Of a stretch of 64,000 bases of DNA, positions 24,784 to 38,464 are shown in pieces (position 1 is the first letter of the stretch; each line of letters starts with the position of its first letter). The notes beneath the pieces were generated by a model. That model ran no database searches. It saw only the letters and a program-made list of their open reading frames with translations, and had not been told where the DNA came from. The stretch spans positions 77,128,001-77,192,000 of the forward strand of contig OX597827.1 of the NCBI GenBank assembly GCA_951406725.2, given 5' to 3'. The translations under genes and the position numbers were made by a program. The stretch comes from Octopus vulgaris. Its lineage: Eukaryota.

Positions 24784-27700
24784 AATTAAAACAGTAAATA
24801 ATTTTATGGCTGGGGTCCAACATGACCTTTAGGGGTCCATATAAGATTTTGTTAGTTAAAATATTATTATTATTCTACAATTGACAAAATAATATTTTAA
24901 CATTTTTTTAATACACTTCCTGATAATATTTAATTACAAGAATTCTTTTAAATATCAAATGGCCATGAGGGGTCCACAAGAGTAAAATAGGAATCGAAGG
25001 GGGGCAGGGAAAATGATTGAGGGGCCACTGATTTTGAATCAAGAAGTTTGTATCAAAGAGACAGGAGGCAGTCTCAGAATTTTTGTATCAAAAGTATTAA
25101 TTAATATTAAAACAGTAGATAAGCTTGGAAAGGTTGTTTGAAGACTCCCTTCCACTGAAAATTATCACCATGGACAATGTTCCCTTGATGTGTTTGAGCC
25201 CCTTGGTCAAGTATAATTTAATAGGGTTTTTTTTTTTTTTATTACATTGACTATTTTCTGTTGAATCTTGCAAGAATGCGATTTGGCTGCTATATCTAGC
25301 AGGTTGTTGGGTGACAAACATAAAGAGATAGTTGTTTGTGGTGGTGGTCATTCTTGGGTCTCAAGACTGGGAGCTGTTGGCAGAATGTGTGGCAAATGGA
25401 TGCTGGTGCCAGTGGTGGCTATTGTCAAGGTAAGAAGGGTGGTGAAGACAATGGCAGTGGTGGGCTATGGGTGGTGGTGGTGGTGGTAGTTATTAGCAGC
25501 AGGGTATAAATTATTGGAAAGGATGGAGAGAGGATGATGGAGGTGGAGGCTATTGGCAAGGTGTATGGTATGAAGGATTGGTGATGACAACAATGGTAGT
25601 TAGTAGTGGCTACTGTGTGTGTGGTGAGGGTGGTTGGTGATGGCTGTTGGCAAGGTATGTGGTTTGAATGGTAGTGGTGGTGGTGCCGGTGGGGGTGGGG
25701 GGTCAGCTATTGGCAGGATGTAGGGTGGTGGTGGTGATGGTGGTAGAGGAGGAGACTATTGGCACTGGTGGTAATGGTCGTGGTGGTGGTGGTGATGGAG
25801 GTGGTTGTTGGCAGAACATATGATGGTGGTGGTAGTGGTGGCAATGGTAGCGGTGGTGGTAGTGGTGGTGACTATTGGCAGGATGTGCCATAGTGATTGT
25901 GGTGTGGGGGGGAAAGGGGGGATGGAGATGGTAGACGGTGAAGGTTGGCAACATAAAACAAGCAAACGGTATGATGATGGCGGCGGGGGTGGTGGTGGTG
26001 TGGGGTTGATGGTGTCCATGGCAACGGAGATGTCGGAGGTGGGGTGGGGGGTTCGTGGGTGGGTGCTGGCAGCTTCACAAACAGAGAAGTGGATGGAGGT
26101 AGCGTTGAATGTGTATGTGTGTGTGTGTGTGTGTTAGTAGTATCAATGGCAACAGGAGGCAATGGACTGGGGTGGGGTAAGGACTTTTGATGCGGCGGAG
26201 GGTGAGGGTGGGGGAAGTGGTGATGGAATAGCGTTCGTTGGCAATGGTGGTGGTGGCGATGGTGGAAGAAAAGGAGGGGGGTGACGGTGATGACAGCTGT
26301 GGTGGTGGTGGTGGTGGCGATGGTGAAGGGGAACAGGGATGTGTGAAGAATGATGAAGCATAATGATGGCAGTAGCTGGTGGTGGTGGTGGTGGTGATGG
26401 TAGCGGCGGTGCAGCGTAATGGTTGAGGACTTGATGGTAGAGAGTGGTGTGAAAGAGATGGTGGATGGTGGTGGTAGAGTGTGTGTGTGTGTGTGTGTGT
26501 GTGAAAGAGATGACAAGCAAGATGGAGTGAAGCTATGTCATGAGAGAGAAGAAGAAAAAAATAAAATAAATAAATAAAAATATCTAGGAGTGAGAATGGA
26601 GATAATGAGAGAGAGAGAGAGATGGGGGTGGAGATGGGGGTGGAGGAGGGGGTGAGTTTGAGTAGTGTAAAAATCTGGCTTCACAATCAATGATCAATCA
26701 ATAAAGTATGGAGGGGGAAGCGGTGGTGGAGGTGTTGTGTGAATGGCAGAGATGATAGTGGTGGTGGTGGTGGTGATGGTGATGTACTGTGACATCCCCC
26801 CCATCCCATTTGGTAAGGAGAAAAATCAATAGACAGACAGCCATGTCCATAGTCAACACAGAGAAAAACAGAGGAAGAGAGACAGAGACAGAGAGAGATT
26901 AAGAGATGAAAGTGAGAGAGAGAGAGAGAGAGAAAACGTGAAGGACAAATGTGAGAAAGAGAAAGATTGACAAGTGACAAGAGAGGGGGGAGAGTAGAGG
27001 GGAAAGGAAAAAAATAGAGAGTGATAGAAATAGAGAGGGGGGAGTAAAGAGACAGTGAAAGAGCATGAGATTATAGAGAGAGGGTGTCAGTGAGAGCCTG
27101 TGCATACACACGTTAACATATGCATATATTACAGTAGTGTGTTTATGTGTGTGTTCAACGTACATATAAACTAGGACACGCATACATATATATATATACG
27201 TATATACATACACACACACATACACTAGGCTAAGGGAATCCTCAGCAAGGGAGAGTGTGTAGAGGAGAGTAAGAGAGAGAGAGAGAAACAATTAGCCAGA
27301 CAGACAGAGACGTACACCTCCTCCCCTTCTCTCAACCATTCATACACCAACACCTCACAGAGAAAGAGGGTAGTGGTAAGAGAGGAATCAGTTGCTGGCA
27401 GTGAGTGAGGGGGAAACTAAACGAAGTGGAAGGAAGATCTTAACAGAGAGAACAACAACCTTCCCACCTCTTTCATCTCCCCAACACCACCACCACCGCA
27501 TCAACGACTAAAATCTGTCTCCTCCTCCTCCTCCCCTACTACGTCCTAATAATAATTATTACTCCCACCACTCCCGTTCCCTCCTCCCACCCGCGTTCCA
27601 CTAATTACAAGCTTCTCCACCGCCGCTACCACCCTCCTCCCCCACCGACTCCACTTCATCTTTTTCCCCCTCCACCTTCCACTGTCTAATTACACCCGCA

Positions 27701-27879
27701 GTCTTCACCACCACCACCACCGCCGCCACTATTCAACCTCTCCTCATACTCCCACGTACTCTCTCTCTCTTTCTTTCTAATTTCACTCAGGCAATTTTTT
27801 TTTTCATCTCTCCTCCAAACACTTCGTTCTGTATATATATCTCTCCGCTCTCTCCTTATACATAAACGTGTATGTATGT

Positions 27880-27972
27880 GTATAGAAACACATACACACC
27901 AGTTCGTGAACAGCCAGGGGCGAAACTTCAGAGTAGACTGCCAACTTTTGATCTATCTATCTATCTATCCAT

Positions 27973-28017
<45 letters not shown>

Positions 28018-28200
28018 AGTATGTCTTTCTTTTCCCCGTCTCCTCCCCCTCTTTCTATTACCTCACTACATCCCCAACTCTCCTCCCCCTCTCTATCTAC
28101 CTACGTACCACCACCACCGCCGCCGCCGCCACCACCTTAATTATCACCCAAACCAGTGCAGCCTCGCTTCCAATCAGCGTCGTTCTCTGAAGACGAAAAA
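27880..28200. promoter_or_regulatory. Candidate promoter or first-exon region
   Basis: Unique, CpG-containing sequence; CCAATCAG box at about 28170; possible minus-strand donor (actg|GTGTGT) near 27900; adjacent to a G/C strand-skew switch and TAATTA clusters. Confidence 0.3.
27950..28017. repeat. (ATCT)n microsatellite
   Basis: Seen directly. Confidence 0.95.
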
Positions 28201-28708
28201 GACCTCGATGACTCTTTCCTTGCTTTTAAGTCCACAAATATGTCGAGATGACGACCAACTGGCTAGCTATCATATCTGTGCAACACGCCACATATCATGA
28301 AGTGGCTGGACTTTAAAATCCAATGAAATTTTACTGCTTTAAATTTTTACGTTTTATACACGTTTGTCTGATACCGTTGCCTCTCTGGTCAGGTTTGGAA
28401 ACTGGCTGAGATGGAACTTCGCCTCGCAGGTTCGATCCTATTGCATGGCATGTTGGACAATTGGAATAAAGTTCGGTAGACAGAAATTATGCAGACGCCT
28501 GTTGTATGTATATGTGAGTGTTGAGGATAGAGAAAATATTGTCGACAAAAACTTAAGTACTGTGATTTAGAAATGGCATGCCATTTGAGATGTTTCTGCG
28601 TTGAGTTACAAACAGACAGACACTGACTTGTCACTCCAAATGCAAGGAAATAAACTATTGGTTCATAAGAAACCTGTAACCAACGCCACTATTGTTCACC
28701 ATTTCTAA

Positions 28709-29101
28709 TCTCTCTATATATAAAGCTGAAGTTGTCTGTGTGTGGCAGGTTTGGTAGCCTTCAACTAACACTATCTCCTCCGAGACCCTGCGGTGCAAGT
28801 TGACCAAAATCGAGAGTATGATAGAAGAAGGCTTGCTCTTCCTTCCGTAGAAGAAAAAATTCAAATCGGACCATGTTAACACCAAAAATTATTTGCATCA
28901 AAAAGGTGCTTTTTTTCTATGAAAATCCCTATTTTTAACGATATTTTGACTGCTCTTTCGCCATTTTTTTGGTGTATTTCAACCAGAAAAATGTTCGCTT
29001 AAAGAGAATAGCAAGTTAAATAATGCAAAATTTTTACTTTTCAAAAATTTCAATTCTAAAGGGTCGAAACAAACCCGAGCAACGCCAGGCGATACTGCTA
29101 G
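28709..29101 (+). mobile_element. Non-autonomous Helitron, apparently complete (about 390 bp)
   Basis: 5' TC(TC)TATATATAAAG, subterminal imperfect hairpin cccgagcaacgccagg, 3' CTAG, inserted between A and T with no TSD. Confidence 0.8.
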
Positions 29102-29541
29102 TATAAAATAAAAATAGAATAAATGGGCAAAATATGAGAGATAGCTTAAAAATTGCTAGATATAACTTGAACAGCTCAAAACGGTATGTATGGTTATTTG
29201 ACCTAGAAACAGCAACCAAATTTCCCAGTAATCACTACTTCAAAGATTAGACAATACAGTCCTACGTAATCCTAAAGAAGGGTTGCTTTGCACAATTAGG
29301 GATGGCTGAGAACTAAATTTTATGAACAGATTCAAAAAGCACAAATTTTTCAAGGCAATCAATACATCACATTCAGACCTTCAGCGAGGTACACCACTTT
29401 GTGGCCTTGCTATTTCTACCCAGTTCAGTCTCCAAATTTCCAGTATAAGTCACAAGTTGTACCCTTTAATCCGACAGACCTATTGAGACAGATCTATAAT
29501 TTACTATGAATGCTTTTAAAAAAATATATTTAAATCTAGCA

Positions 29542-29677
29542 CAGTGGTTCCCAATCTGTGGTCTGCAAAGGTAGTAGAAGATCCCCCAGTACTACCTTTC
29601 AATATTCTGGGGTCTGTGGGAAAACTCATTTAAATAAAAAGGGGTCCATGGTAGCGAAAAGGTTAAGAACAACACTG
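29542..29677. mobile_element. hAT-Charlie-like MITE
   Basis: CAGTGGTTCCCAA ... TTAAGAACAACACTG termini; 8-bp TSD atctagca/ctctagca (TCTAG core typical of Charlie targets). Confidence 0.75.
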
Positions 29678-31449
29678 CTCTAGCATACTCTTTTACATAC
29701 GCCTTTAGTCGAGCAAATCGACCCCAAGACTTTTTTTTGTAAGCCTAGTACTTATTCTATCGGTCTCTTATGCTGAACAGCTAGGTTACGGGGACATGAC
29801 CACACCAGCATCGGTTGTCAAGTGATGCTGGGGGGACAAAGACAGACACACAAACACATACACACACATACATATATACGACGGGCTTCTTTCAGTTTCC
29901 ATCTACCAAATCCATTCACAAGGCTTTGGTTGGCCTGAGGCTATAGTAGAAGACACTTGCCCAAGGTGCCATGCAGTGGGACTGAACCCGGAACCATGTG
30001 GTTGATAAGCAAGCTACTCACCACACAGCCACTCCTGAGAAATATATTTTATTTACTGGTCAATGATGATACATAAAATGAAAATGTAGAAATAACAGCT
30101 AAGTGGTGGTTCTCAGTCATGTGGCATAGAAAAATAGAAGGACATAGCAATGACGTGAATGGCTCTAAGTCTAATCGACTAAGAAGAGAGGAGCAGGGTT
30201 AGTAAGCTGTTTTTATTAATGGAAAGCTAGATGTTCTAGAAACTTCCTAGAGAAACACTAAGCTTCTTGAATAATTAGAGATGAATAAATTCAAGAACTA
30301 TATATATATAAACATATTAGCTTTAGATCTAAACTTATAGCCAAATGGGGGGAGTGGTCAAGGCTGAATGCCTTTTGACCATTGTTGAGAAGGACTAAGC
30401 AACAATATAGTTAGGGTACATTGGCTGTAAAATGACTGGGCTGCACAAGACCCTAAGGACCATCAATGTTGTGCCAGGGAACAAGGTAGATAACATGGCC
30501 CCACCTCAATGAGAACAGGTTCCACTCTCTTAATGCTTGACCGGTTAACAATAGGACAGCCATTTAGGTATGAAAAACAAAACAATAAACAACAACAACA
30601 ACAACAACAACAATAAAATCCATACCAGGAAGCTGGGTGTAATATGTTTATGAAAAGTGTTTATGACACATCTGGCTGTTCCTACTGACCACTCACTGAA
30701 CTGTGAGGTGAGGAGTGGAAGTCCTTTATATTCTCAGCCAGGTATCAGGTATACTATAGGTGTCTTGGTCAAAGTCAAGTTACAATGGCTGTGATGGTGG
30801 TTAGAGGTGAAGTCTGAACTTCTGACCTTATTATGATCAAGTAGACCCACATCTTAGTATGTAAAGACCCCCCCCCCCCCAACAAAAAAAACACACCAAT
30901 AAATCAGTATTCTTTTGTTTTATGAACAGAAAATGAAAATGGAAATACTGACATCATCAGATAATCTCCTGAGCAGGCATACATGAATATTTTGTCCCAA
31001 TTTTTTTTCCTCCAGGATTTCTGTATCCAATGGAAATCACAGATTTAAAGAAAAAAAAAAAGAAAAAAGTTTTTATAACTTTTTGGAAATTTTTCCCTAA
31101 ATACTACGTTTAGAGTTTAAAATTATAAAAAATAATTTTATCAGATCATAATTTAAATCTGAAAAAATTATTTTTTTTTTAATTTCAAATTTTTTTAATA
31201 TCAATCAACTGCTTGTGATTATTGTGATAACAAAAAAAAATGAAATGCCAAGAAATCAGTCACCTATATTCTTTTCTACTCAAGGCACAAAGCCCAGAAA
31301 TTTGGGGGTGGGGGGAGTCGATTAGATCAACCCCAGTATGCAACTGGTACTTAGTTTATCGACCCCAAAAGGATAAAAGACTAAGTTGACCTCAGCGGAA
31401 TTTGACTGACGAAATACCATTAAGCATTTTGCAATCAGTCACCTATATC

Positions 31450-32600
31450 ACAATGAAATGAGTTTAGATTAATTTGTCATGATGGAGAAGAAATCTGGTG
31501 TTTAGGAATACAAGAATATTTCGGTCAAAAATGTCTCCGGTGGCATAGGAACTTATCCAAACTCGCAAACTTCACAGTAACGTATTTCGTTCCTACGGAC
31601 GACCAACAGTTTTTGCAGAACCTGTTTTCTGTTCATATGAATGTGAAAACTAATGTCATATAACTTCATTGCAATTAAACACTACTGGAGATGATTAGCC
31701 ATATCTAGGGCAAGGTCAACCACTGGAGATGGTGTCATAGATTAGCCATGGCTAAGACTGTGACCTACTAGAGATGGACATACATTTAGAACAGGTAACC
31801 AGATGTGTCTGATGCGATAGCTACGTCTAGGACGGGGAACCTAATGAAGATATGTGTTGGACAATATTTTTCATGGGATACTGGAATTGTACAAATACAA
31901 ATTTAAAAAACTGAGCAGATAGAGCAATGTGTTTATGAATGTGGAGTATATTTTGCTTTCTTATTAACGAGAAAAAACCAAGGAGGTAAATTTTGACCGG
32001 TATATTTTGGGAGGCAAGGAATGGATTTGTCATTTGGAAAAAAACCTCATCTGTGGTGTTCAGCTGGGTAAATAACACATTCAATTAATTCAAAGTTCAA
32101 TTTCCGAACGGATGTAAGAGATGTCTTGTTGAGTCAATCAATTCTAGAATATTTATTTAAAAATTTTTGTTGGATATTAGCATCTCCATGTAGAATAAAT
32201 ATTTCAAGGAACTTCATTCAACAAACACCATTTTTTATCTGGGACTTTCACTCGTCTGTACATCCTTCATTCAATGATATACATTCTTACACACACACAC
32301 CTTCTCAGTTTCTGTCAACCAAATTCCACTCACTGGGAATCAATAGAAGACACAGAAATTTTTTTTAGAATTACACCTGTCTCGGATGCAATTTCTGATA
32401 GCTAACATTATTTCTTGGAGAAAGAAAAGGGTAAGGAATCAGGTAGTTGTTTCCTTCCGTGAAAGAATATTTTTTGTCAAGAAACCTGAAATTTTTACAT
32501 TTTTGCACTCTCCCACTTCAATTCTGAGCCTTTTCCAAGTAAATTTTTACTATCAGATCTAAGACATGTTTTATAGTAAAATAATACCGAAGATATTGAT
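31450..32600 (-). mobile_element. Decayed hAT (Charlie/Buster-like) transposase remnant
   Basis: LNTTDEVFFQMTNPFLASQNIPVK resembles TTGExIF..FF..NIP; QNILHIHKHIALSAQ resembles the HCxxHRxxLxAK motif. Confidence 0.45.
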
Positions 32601-33166
32601 CTAAAGTGGGTTAAACATCAAGGAAGACATGGTTGAGAAGCAAAGTTGTTAACCCCACAAACATAACTAATATTTAGTTTACTAACCATGGTAAGATTTG
32701 AACACAGAAACACAAGGAAAAGGCAAAAAAACCCAAATATCACAACAGATATCACCTATCCACTTCCTCTACTCCCTGAATAAGGTCAATAGGAGCCAAA
32801 TTTCCCTTATATCACACAGTAAGCAAAAGGCAGGATGGCCATAACTGGAATGCCCTTGTTCATATGCTTGCTCAGTCATTGCTGACCCGAGGCCACAATG
32901 CCAGCAATTTTGAGAGGACGATGGTGTAGTTGATACTATTGGCCCCTTTACTTGAATGATACTTTATTTCATTGACCCCAGGACGATAAAAGGCAAAGTT
33001 GAACTGAGCAGGAATTGAACTCAGAAAATAAACAGCCGGAAGAAACACTGCAAGACATTTGGTTCGGCATGCTAATGATTCTGCTGACACAGCAATAATA
33101 ACTATTTCTAATTTTAGCAAGGCAATTATATCGCTCTCCAAGTATTTCACTGGTACCTTCATTTAA

Positions 33167-33387
33167 CCCTTTTGTTACCATATTTCTGTTGAGATGCTCT
33201 GTGTTTCTTTCAATTAATTTTAAATATAACAAAGAATTTAGTCAAATAATTTGGTTATCATTAAGCTAGTGTTAGGAACATAAATTGTGACTAAGGTTTG
33301 GTGGAAGATTTCAATTCAAAACTTATGAAAACAAGACATTTGTATTCAGAGTCAGAACCGGTTTCAGCCAGGTTGGTAACGAAAGGG
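33167..33387. mobile_element. piggyBac-like MITE, copy 1 (221 bp)
   Basis: TTAA|CCCTTTTGTTACCA ... TGGTAACGAAAGGG|TTAA. Confidence 0.85.
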
Positions 33388-33418
33388 TTAAGAATTGTTT
33401 CTCTATTATATATTTTAA

Positions 33419-33639
33419 CCCTTTTGTTACTACATTTCTGTTGCAATGCTCTGTGTTTCTTTCAATTAATTTTAAATATAACAAAAAATTTAGTAAAATA
33501 ACTTAGTTATCATTCAGCTAGTGTCAGGAACATAAATTGTGACTAAGGTTTGGTGGAAGATTTCAATTCAAAACTTATGAAAACAAGACATTTGTATTCA
33601 GAGCCAGAACTGGTTTCAGCCAGGTTGGTATAAAAAGGG
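33419..33639. mobile_element. piggyBac-like MITE, copy 2 (221 bp)
   Basis: Near-identical to copy 1 with TTAA on both sides, 31 bp downstream; both interrupt a SINE. Confidence 0.85.
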
Positions 33640-35413
33640 TTAATCACTCCAGAAAGGATGAAAGGACAAGGTTGATATATTTAGACGGAAAAGAAAAGAA
33701 ATAATAGTAATAATTCGAAATGTGGGCACAAGAGCAGTAATTTCAGGAGAGGAGCTAAGTCAATTACATCAACCACAGTACTCAACAGCTATTTATTTTA
33801 TTGACCCTGAAAGGATGTAAGGTAAAGTGGACGTCGGTGGAATTTGAACTCAGAACGTAAAGACAGACAAAATGTTGTTTTTGCCCGGTGTGCTAACGAT
33901 TCTGCCAACTTGCAGAATGATGATGATGATGATTTTTTTACCCATAAAGGGATCACACAGAGAATAATAACTCCTTACATAATAATAATAATAATAATAA
34001 TAATCATTACTGCAAAACACAAATTGTCAATCAAGAACATATTCCATAAAGTAGTCCTAGATAAACATAGGGCTGAATTTATTTGATTAGGGGCCCGTTT
34101 CATCAGAGATGACCCGGGGCTAAACAACAACAGCTCCACCCTACTTTTAACATAAAAATAATTACTTCAATTCTGGTTGGGAGCATTTGACCTGACCTCC
34201 AAAATTTAATGACTGCAGTGACCTTCAAGCTGACATCCATATAAATGCAGTGACCTTTGACCCCACACCACTCCACCCCAGTCCTCCCTCAATAAATGTA
34301 CTCCCAGCTGGGGTTAAGGAGGAGATGCAGTTCTTCAAACAGACCCACTGTCTTAATTGTTTCTCTCTTCAGGGTCAGAAACCCTTGTTGTGCTCACCCA
34401 AACTGGAACCGAGTCACTATATGGTTGCATGACCTGCTAGAAATGGCAGTCTACTAAATCATGCCACACTATAGAATTTACTGAGGCAGATTCCCAATGT
34501 CCAGATGCCCTTCCTGTTGCCAATCCCCACCTGTTTCTAAGCAAGGTAAGCATTTTTTTTTTTTTACCTTTGGAAGACAGGAAACGAATAACAAGGAATG
34601 TGTATGGCAGTGATGTTCATTTACAATCTCATATGATGTGAAGACACAGGCACACAGGATCCACAATCATAAACAAATTTATGTGTGTGTGTATCTTTTA
34701 TCATTCACTTGTATCAGTGATTAGACTGGCCATACTGAAAAGATGAATGGTAAAGTGGATAAAGTGAACCTCTGTGGAATTTGAACTCAGAAAGTGAAGA
34801 CAGACAAAATGGTGTTTTTGCCCGGTGTGCTAACAATTCTGCCAGTTTGCAGAATGATGACGAAGTTTTAGTCAAATGAATCCACCTCTGTATTTTATTT
34901 ATATTTCGTCTATGTTTGTCAGAGGGATTTGAACTCAGAACATTGAGGGCCAAAATGGGTATCAATGGTCTTCTTTTAAACATCATAAAAATGAAATTAA
35001 AAAATAAAACAACTTTGGGTGAAAATATTAAAGTAAAAAAAAAAAACCAAACTGTGTTTTGGAGAGTAAAGTTAACAAATCCCATGATTTGCAGCCTATC
35101 CCGGAGACGAGAACTCTGTTCGTTTTCCTTTCTTTAAATTTATTTAACACTATGTAAATCATAGATGCCTCTCAATACCTGGACCCCATCCACCCAACAT
35201 CACCTACTCCAAAGCTCTGTGGTTAATGGAGACATTGATTAGCTAATTAGCTAACTTATTAATTAATTAGTGTTTTCAAGACACACACACACACACACAC
35301 ACAGAGTCCGCCACCTACCCACACTCACCTACTCCACCTCCTTTACTGGTTGAGTGTCATGGCAACAGAGGGGAAGGGGAGGGGTCCTTCCTGCAGAAGA
35401 AACAACTAATTAG

Positions 35414-35449
<36 letters not shown>

Positions 35450-36159
35450 TAAGCCACAAGGGCAAATAAATGGATGAGGAGACATTACAAAGTCAGGGTG
35501 GATTATTCTTAAATCACAAAAGGGTATATGTGTATGCGTGCATATATGCGTATGTGTGTATATATATATATGGTGTATAATTTATGGCCACGTATACACA
35601 CATCTAGTCATACACAGGCATACACACAAACCAGTACAAAAACATACATGAACACATTACATGTATGAATATATATATATATATATGTATACACACACAC
35701 ACATGTATACAGCAGGAAGATGAATGCAATCACACATGTGTACACACATATATACACCCACATAATTACAGACACACACACACACTTGCATACATTTAGA
35801 TATGTGTGCATCCGTGCACGTGTGTGTGTGTGAGCATAGATATGCCAGTAGGTTTACGTGTGCGTGTGCATGCGGCTGTCTGTGTGTCCAAAGAGGGGTT
35901 AAGTGAAAGCTACAAAGGCTACATCTCATGGAGGCTGACAGATGGGATGGGTAGAGTAGGGGGTGGGTGGGTGGGCGGTACTGCTGCAAGGAGGAGTGGT
36001 GGTAGGTGGGGGAGACATGATGGCTGCTCTGGTGGTGGTGGTGCTAGTGGTGGTGGTGGTGGAGGCTGTGGTGCCAGTGGTGGAGCTGATCTTGATGAGG
36101 AAGGAAGGAGGGGGTGAGGTGGTGGGAGTGATGGGTGTTTGTGGTGATTGTACTTGCCA

Positions 36160-36610
36160 GAGAAGCAGTGATGATGATGATGGTGGTGGTGGTGGTGGAG
36201 GCAGTGATGTTGGTGGTGGTGGCCTTTATTGGCAAGGGAGTAGTGGTGATGATGGTGGTGATGGTGGCAGTGATGTTGGTGGTGGTGGCCTTTATTGGCA
36301 AGGGAGTAGTGGTGATGATGGTGATGGTGGTGGTGGTGGTGGTGGTGGTGGAGGCAGTGATGTTGGTGGTGGTGGCCTTTATTGGCAAGAGAGTAGTGGT
36401 GATGATGGTGGTGGTGGCAGTGATGTTGGTGGTGGTGGCCTTTATTGGCAAGGGAGTAGTGGTGATGATGGTGATGGTGGTGGTGGTGGCGGCGGCGGCA
36501 GTGATGTTCACAGTGGTGGTAGTGGTGGAGGCAGTGATGTTCATAGTGGTGGTGGTGGTGGTGGTGGCAGCCTTTATTGGCAAGGGAGTAGTGGTGGTGA
36601 TGATGATGGT
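36160..36610. repeat. GGT-rich minisatellite with five cctttattggcaag cores
   Basis: Unit ggcagtgatgttggtggtggtggcctttattggcaagggagtagtggtgatgatg with a variable GGT number. Confidence 0.9.
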
Positions 36611-36763
36611 GGCGGCGGTGGTGGTGGTGGTGGTTGCATTGGTGTTGGTGGCTGATGCTGGTATTATTTGATAATGAAGGGGGAGGAGTAGTAATCATGG
36701 AGATGGTATTAATAATAGGTGGAGGGGAACAATGGCAGAGATAATGGAGGTGATGGTGGTGGT

Positions 36764-36796
<33 letters not shown>

Positions 36797-38464
36797 GGTG
36801 GAATGACAGAAATGGTGGGAGGCAGGAGTGAAAGTGAGAGGCTGCAGTAACAAACAGAAGTGGATGGAGTTTGATGGATCCTAAGCAGCAAGCAGCACGG
36901 GTGGGGTGGGCGGTGGGGGATGAGGGTGTTGAGTAGAATGGGCCAGGTGTGGTGTGGAGGGGGCGGGTGGGTGGGTGGATGCATGTAGAGGAAAGAGAGA
37001 GAGAATAAGGCTTGGTGGTGGTGGTGGTGATGGTGGTGGTGGTGGTCAGGTGTGGTGGAGAGTGGGACGGGGTGGGAGGAGGGGGTGCATGACGTGGATG
37101 TAATGGTGGTGGTGGTGGCGGTGGGGGGACTGGTTGTTTGGTGAAGTAGGTGGGAGGGAGAAGGGGGGATGAAGGGAAAAGTGGCATCCCTGCTGCTCTG
37201 CTGCAGTGATGGTGGAGGTGGTGGTGGTGGTGTTGGTAAGGGAAGGTGAGAAAGGCAGATGGGACTTGGTGGCGGCGGGGGTGGTGGTGGTAGTGGTGGT
37301 GGGTGGGAAGTAATGCACTGGTGTAGAGAAGAGTCGGGTGGGGGTGGGGGGTGACAGTGTTGAGGAGTAAGGAGAGCCAGACAGATGGGATGTGATGATG
37401 GTCATGTGGTGTTAATGGTGATGAGGAGGATGGGTGTCATGGTGAAGAGGATGTGAGCAATGATGATGATGGCGATGATGATGATGATGGTGATGATGAC
37501 TGATAATGAGTGATGAAGATGGCAGTGGTGGTGGTGGTGGTGTCTCAGTAATGGTTGGATGGTGAAGGTGGTATGGTTGTTGTTTACTCCCAAGTCGTCC
37601 TTGATCAAACACATTCCAGTTATGACCACCACAATTTTTTTTTCCCATTGTGTGCAGGTACCACATTACCCCAACATCTGTTTTCCTAACATAAAATGTG
37701 ATGATGAAAATTTTACTGTTATTTCTAGCATGTCGAATACCACATAGAGACTTCTGATAATGAAATGGCAATTATATACTACTACTACTACTACTACTGA
37801 TGATGATGATGATGATGATGATGATAATTCTTTTATTCGTTTGTTTCAGTCATTTGACTGCAGCCATGCTGGAGCACCGCCTTTAGTCGAGCAAATCAAC
37901 CCCAGGACTTGTTCTTTGTAAGCCTAGAACTTATTCTATCAGTCTGTTTTGCCAAACTGCTAAGTTACAGGGACATAAACACACCAACATCGGTTGTCAA
38001 GAGATGGTGGTGGGGGATAAACACAGACACAAACATATACATATATATATACACATATACATATATATACATATATATATATATATATATTCACATATAC
38101 ATATATACGATGGGCTTCTTTCAGTTTCTGTCTACCAAATCCACTCACAAGTCTTTGGTCAGACCGAGGTTATAATAGCAGACACTCACCCAAGGTGCCA
38201 CACAGTGGGACTGAACCCGGAAGTACGTGGATGGTAAGGAAGCTTTCTACTGCAGGCACAAGGGCTGAAATTTGGGGGAGGGGGTTAGTTGATTACATCG
38301 ACCCCTAGTGTTTCACAGGTACTTAATTTATTGACCCTGAAAGGATGAAAGGCGAAGTCAACCTTGGCAAAATTTGAATCTAGAACCTAATGACAGGCAA
38401 AATACTGCTAAGCATTACATCCAAATTGCTAACGACTCTACTAGCTTGCCACCTTAATAATAAT

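Noticed and set aside
35919-37187. 422-aa His/Pro/Thr-rich ORF
   Set aside because: It is the translation of (CAC/CAT)n sequence that lacks stops by composition; no domain is evident.
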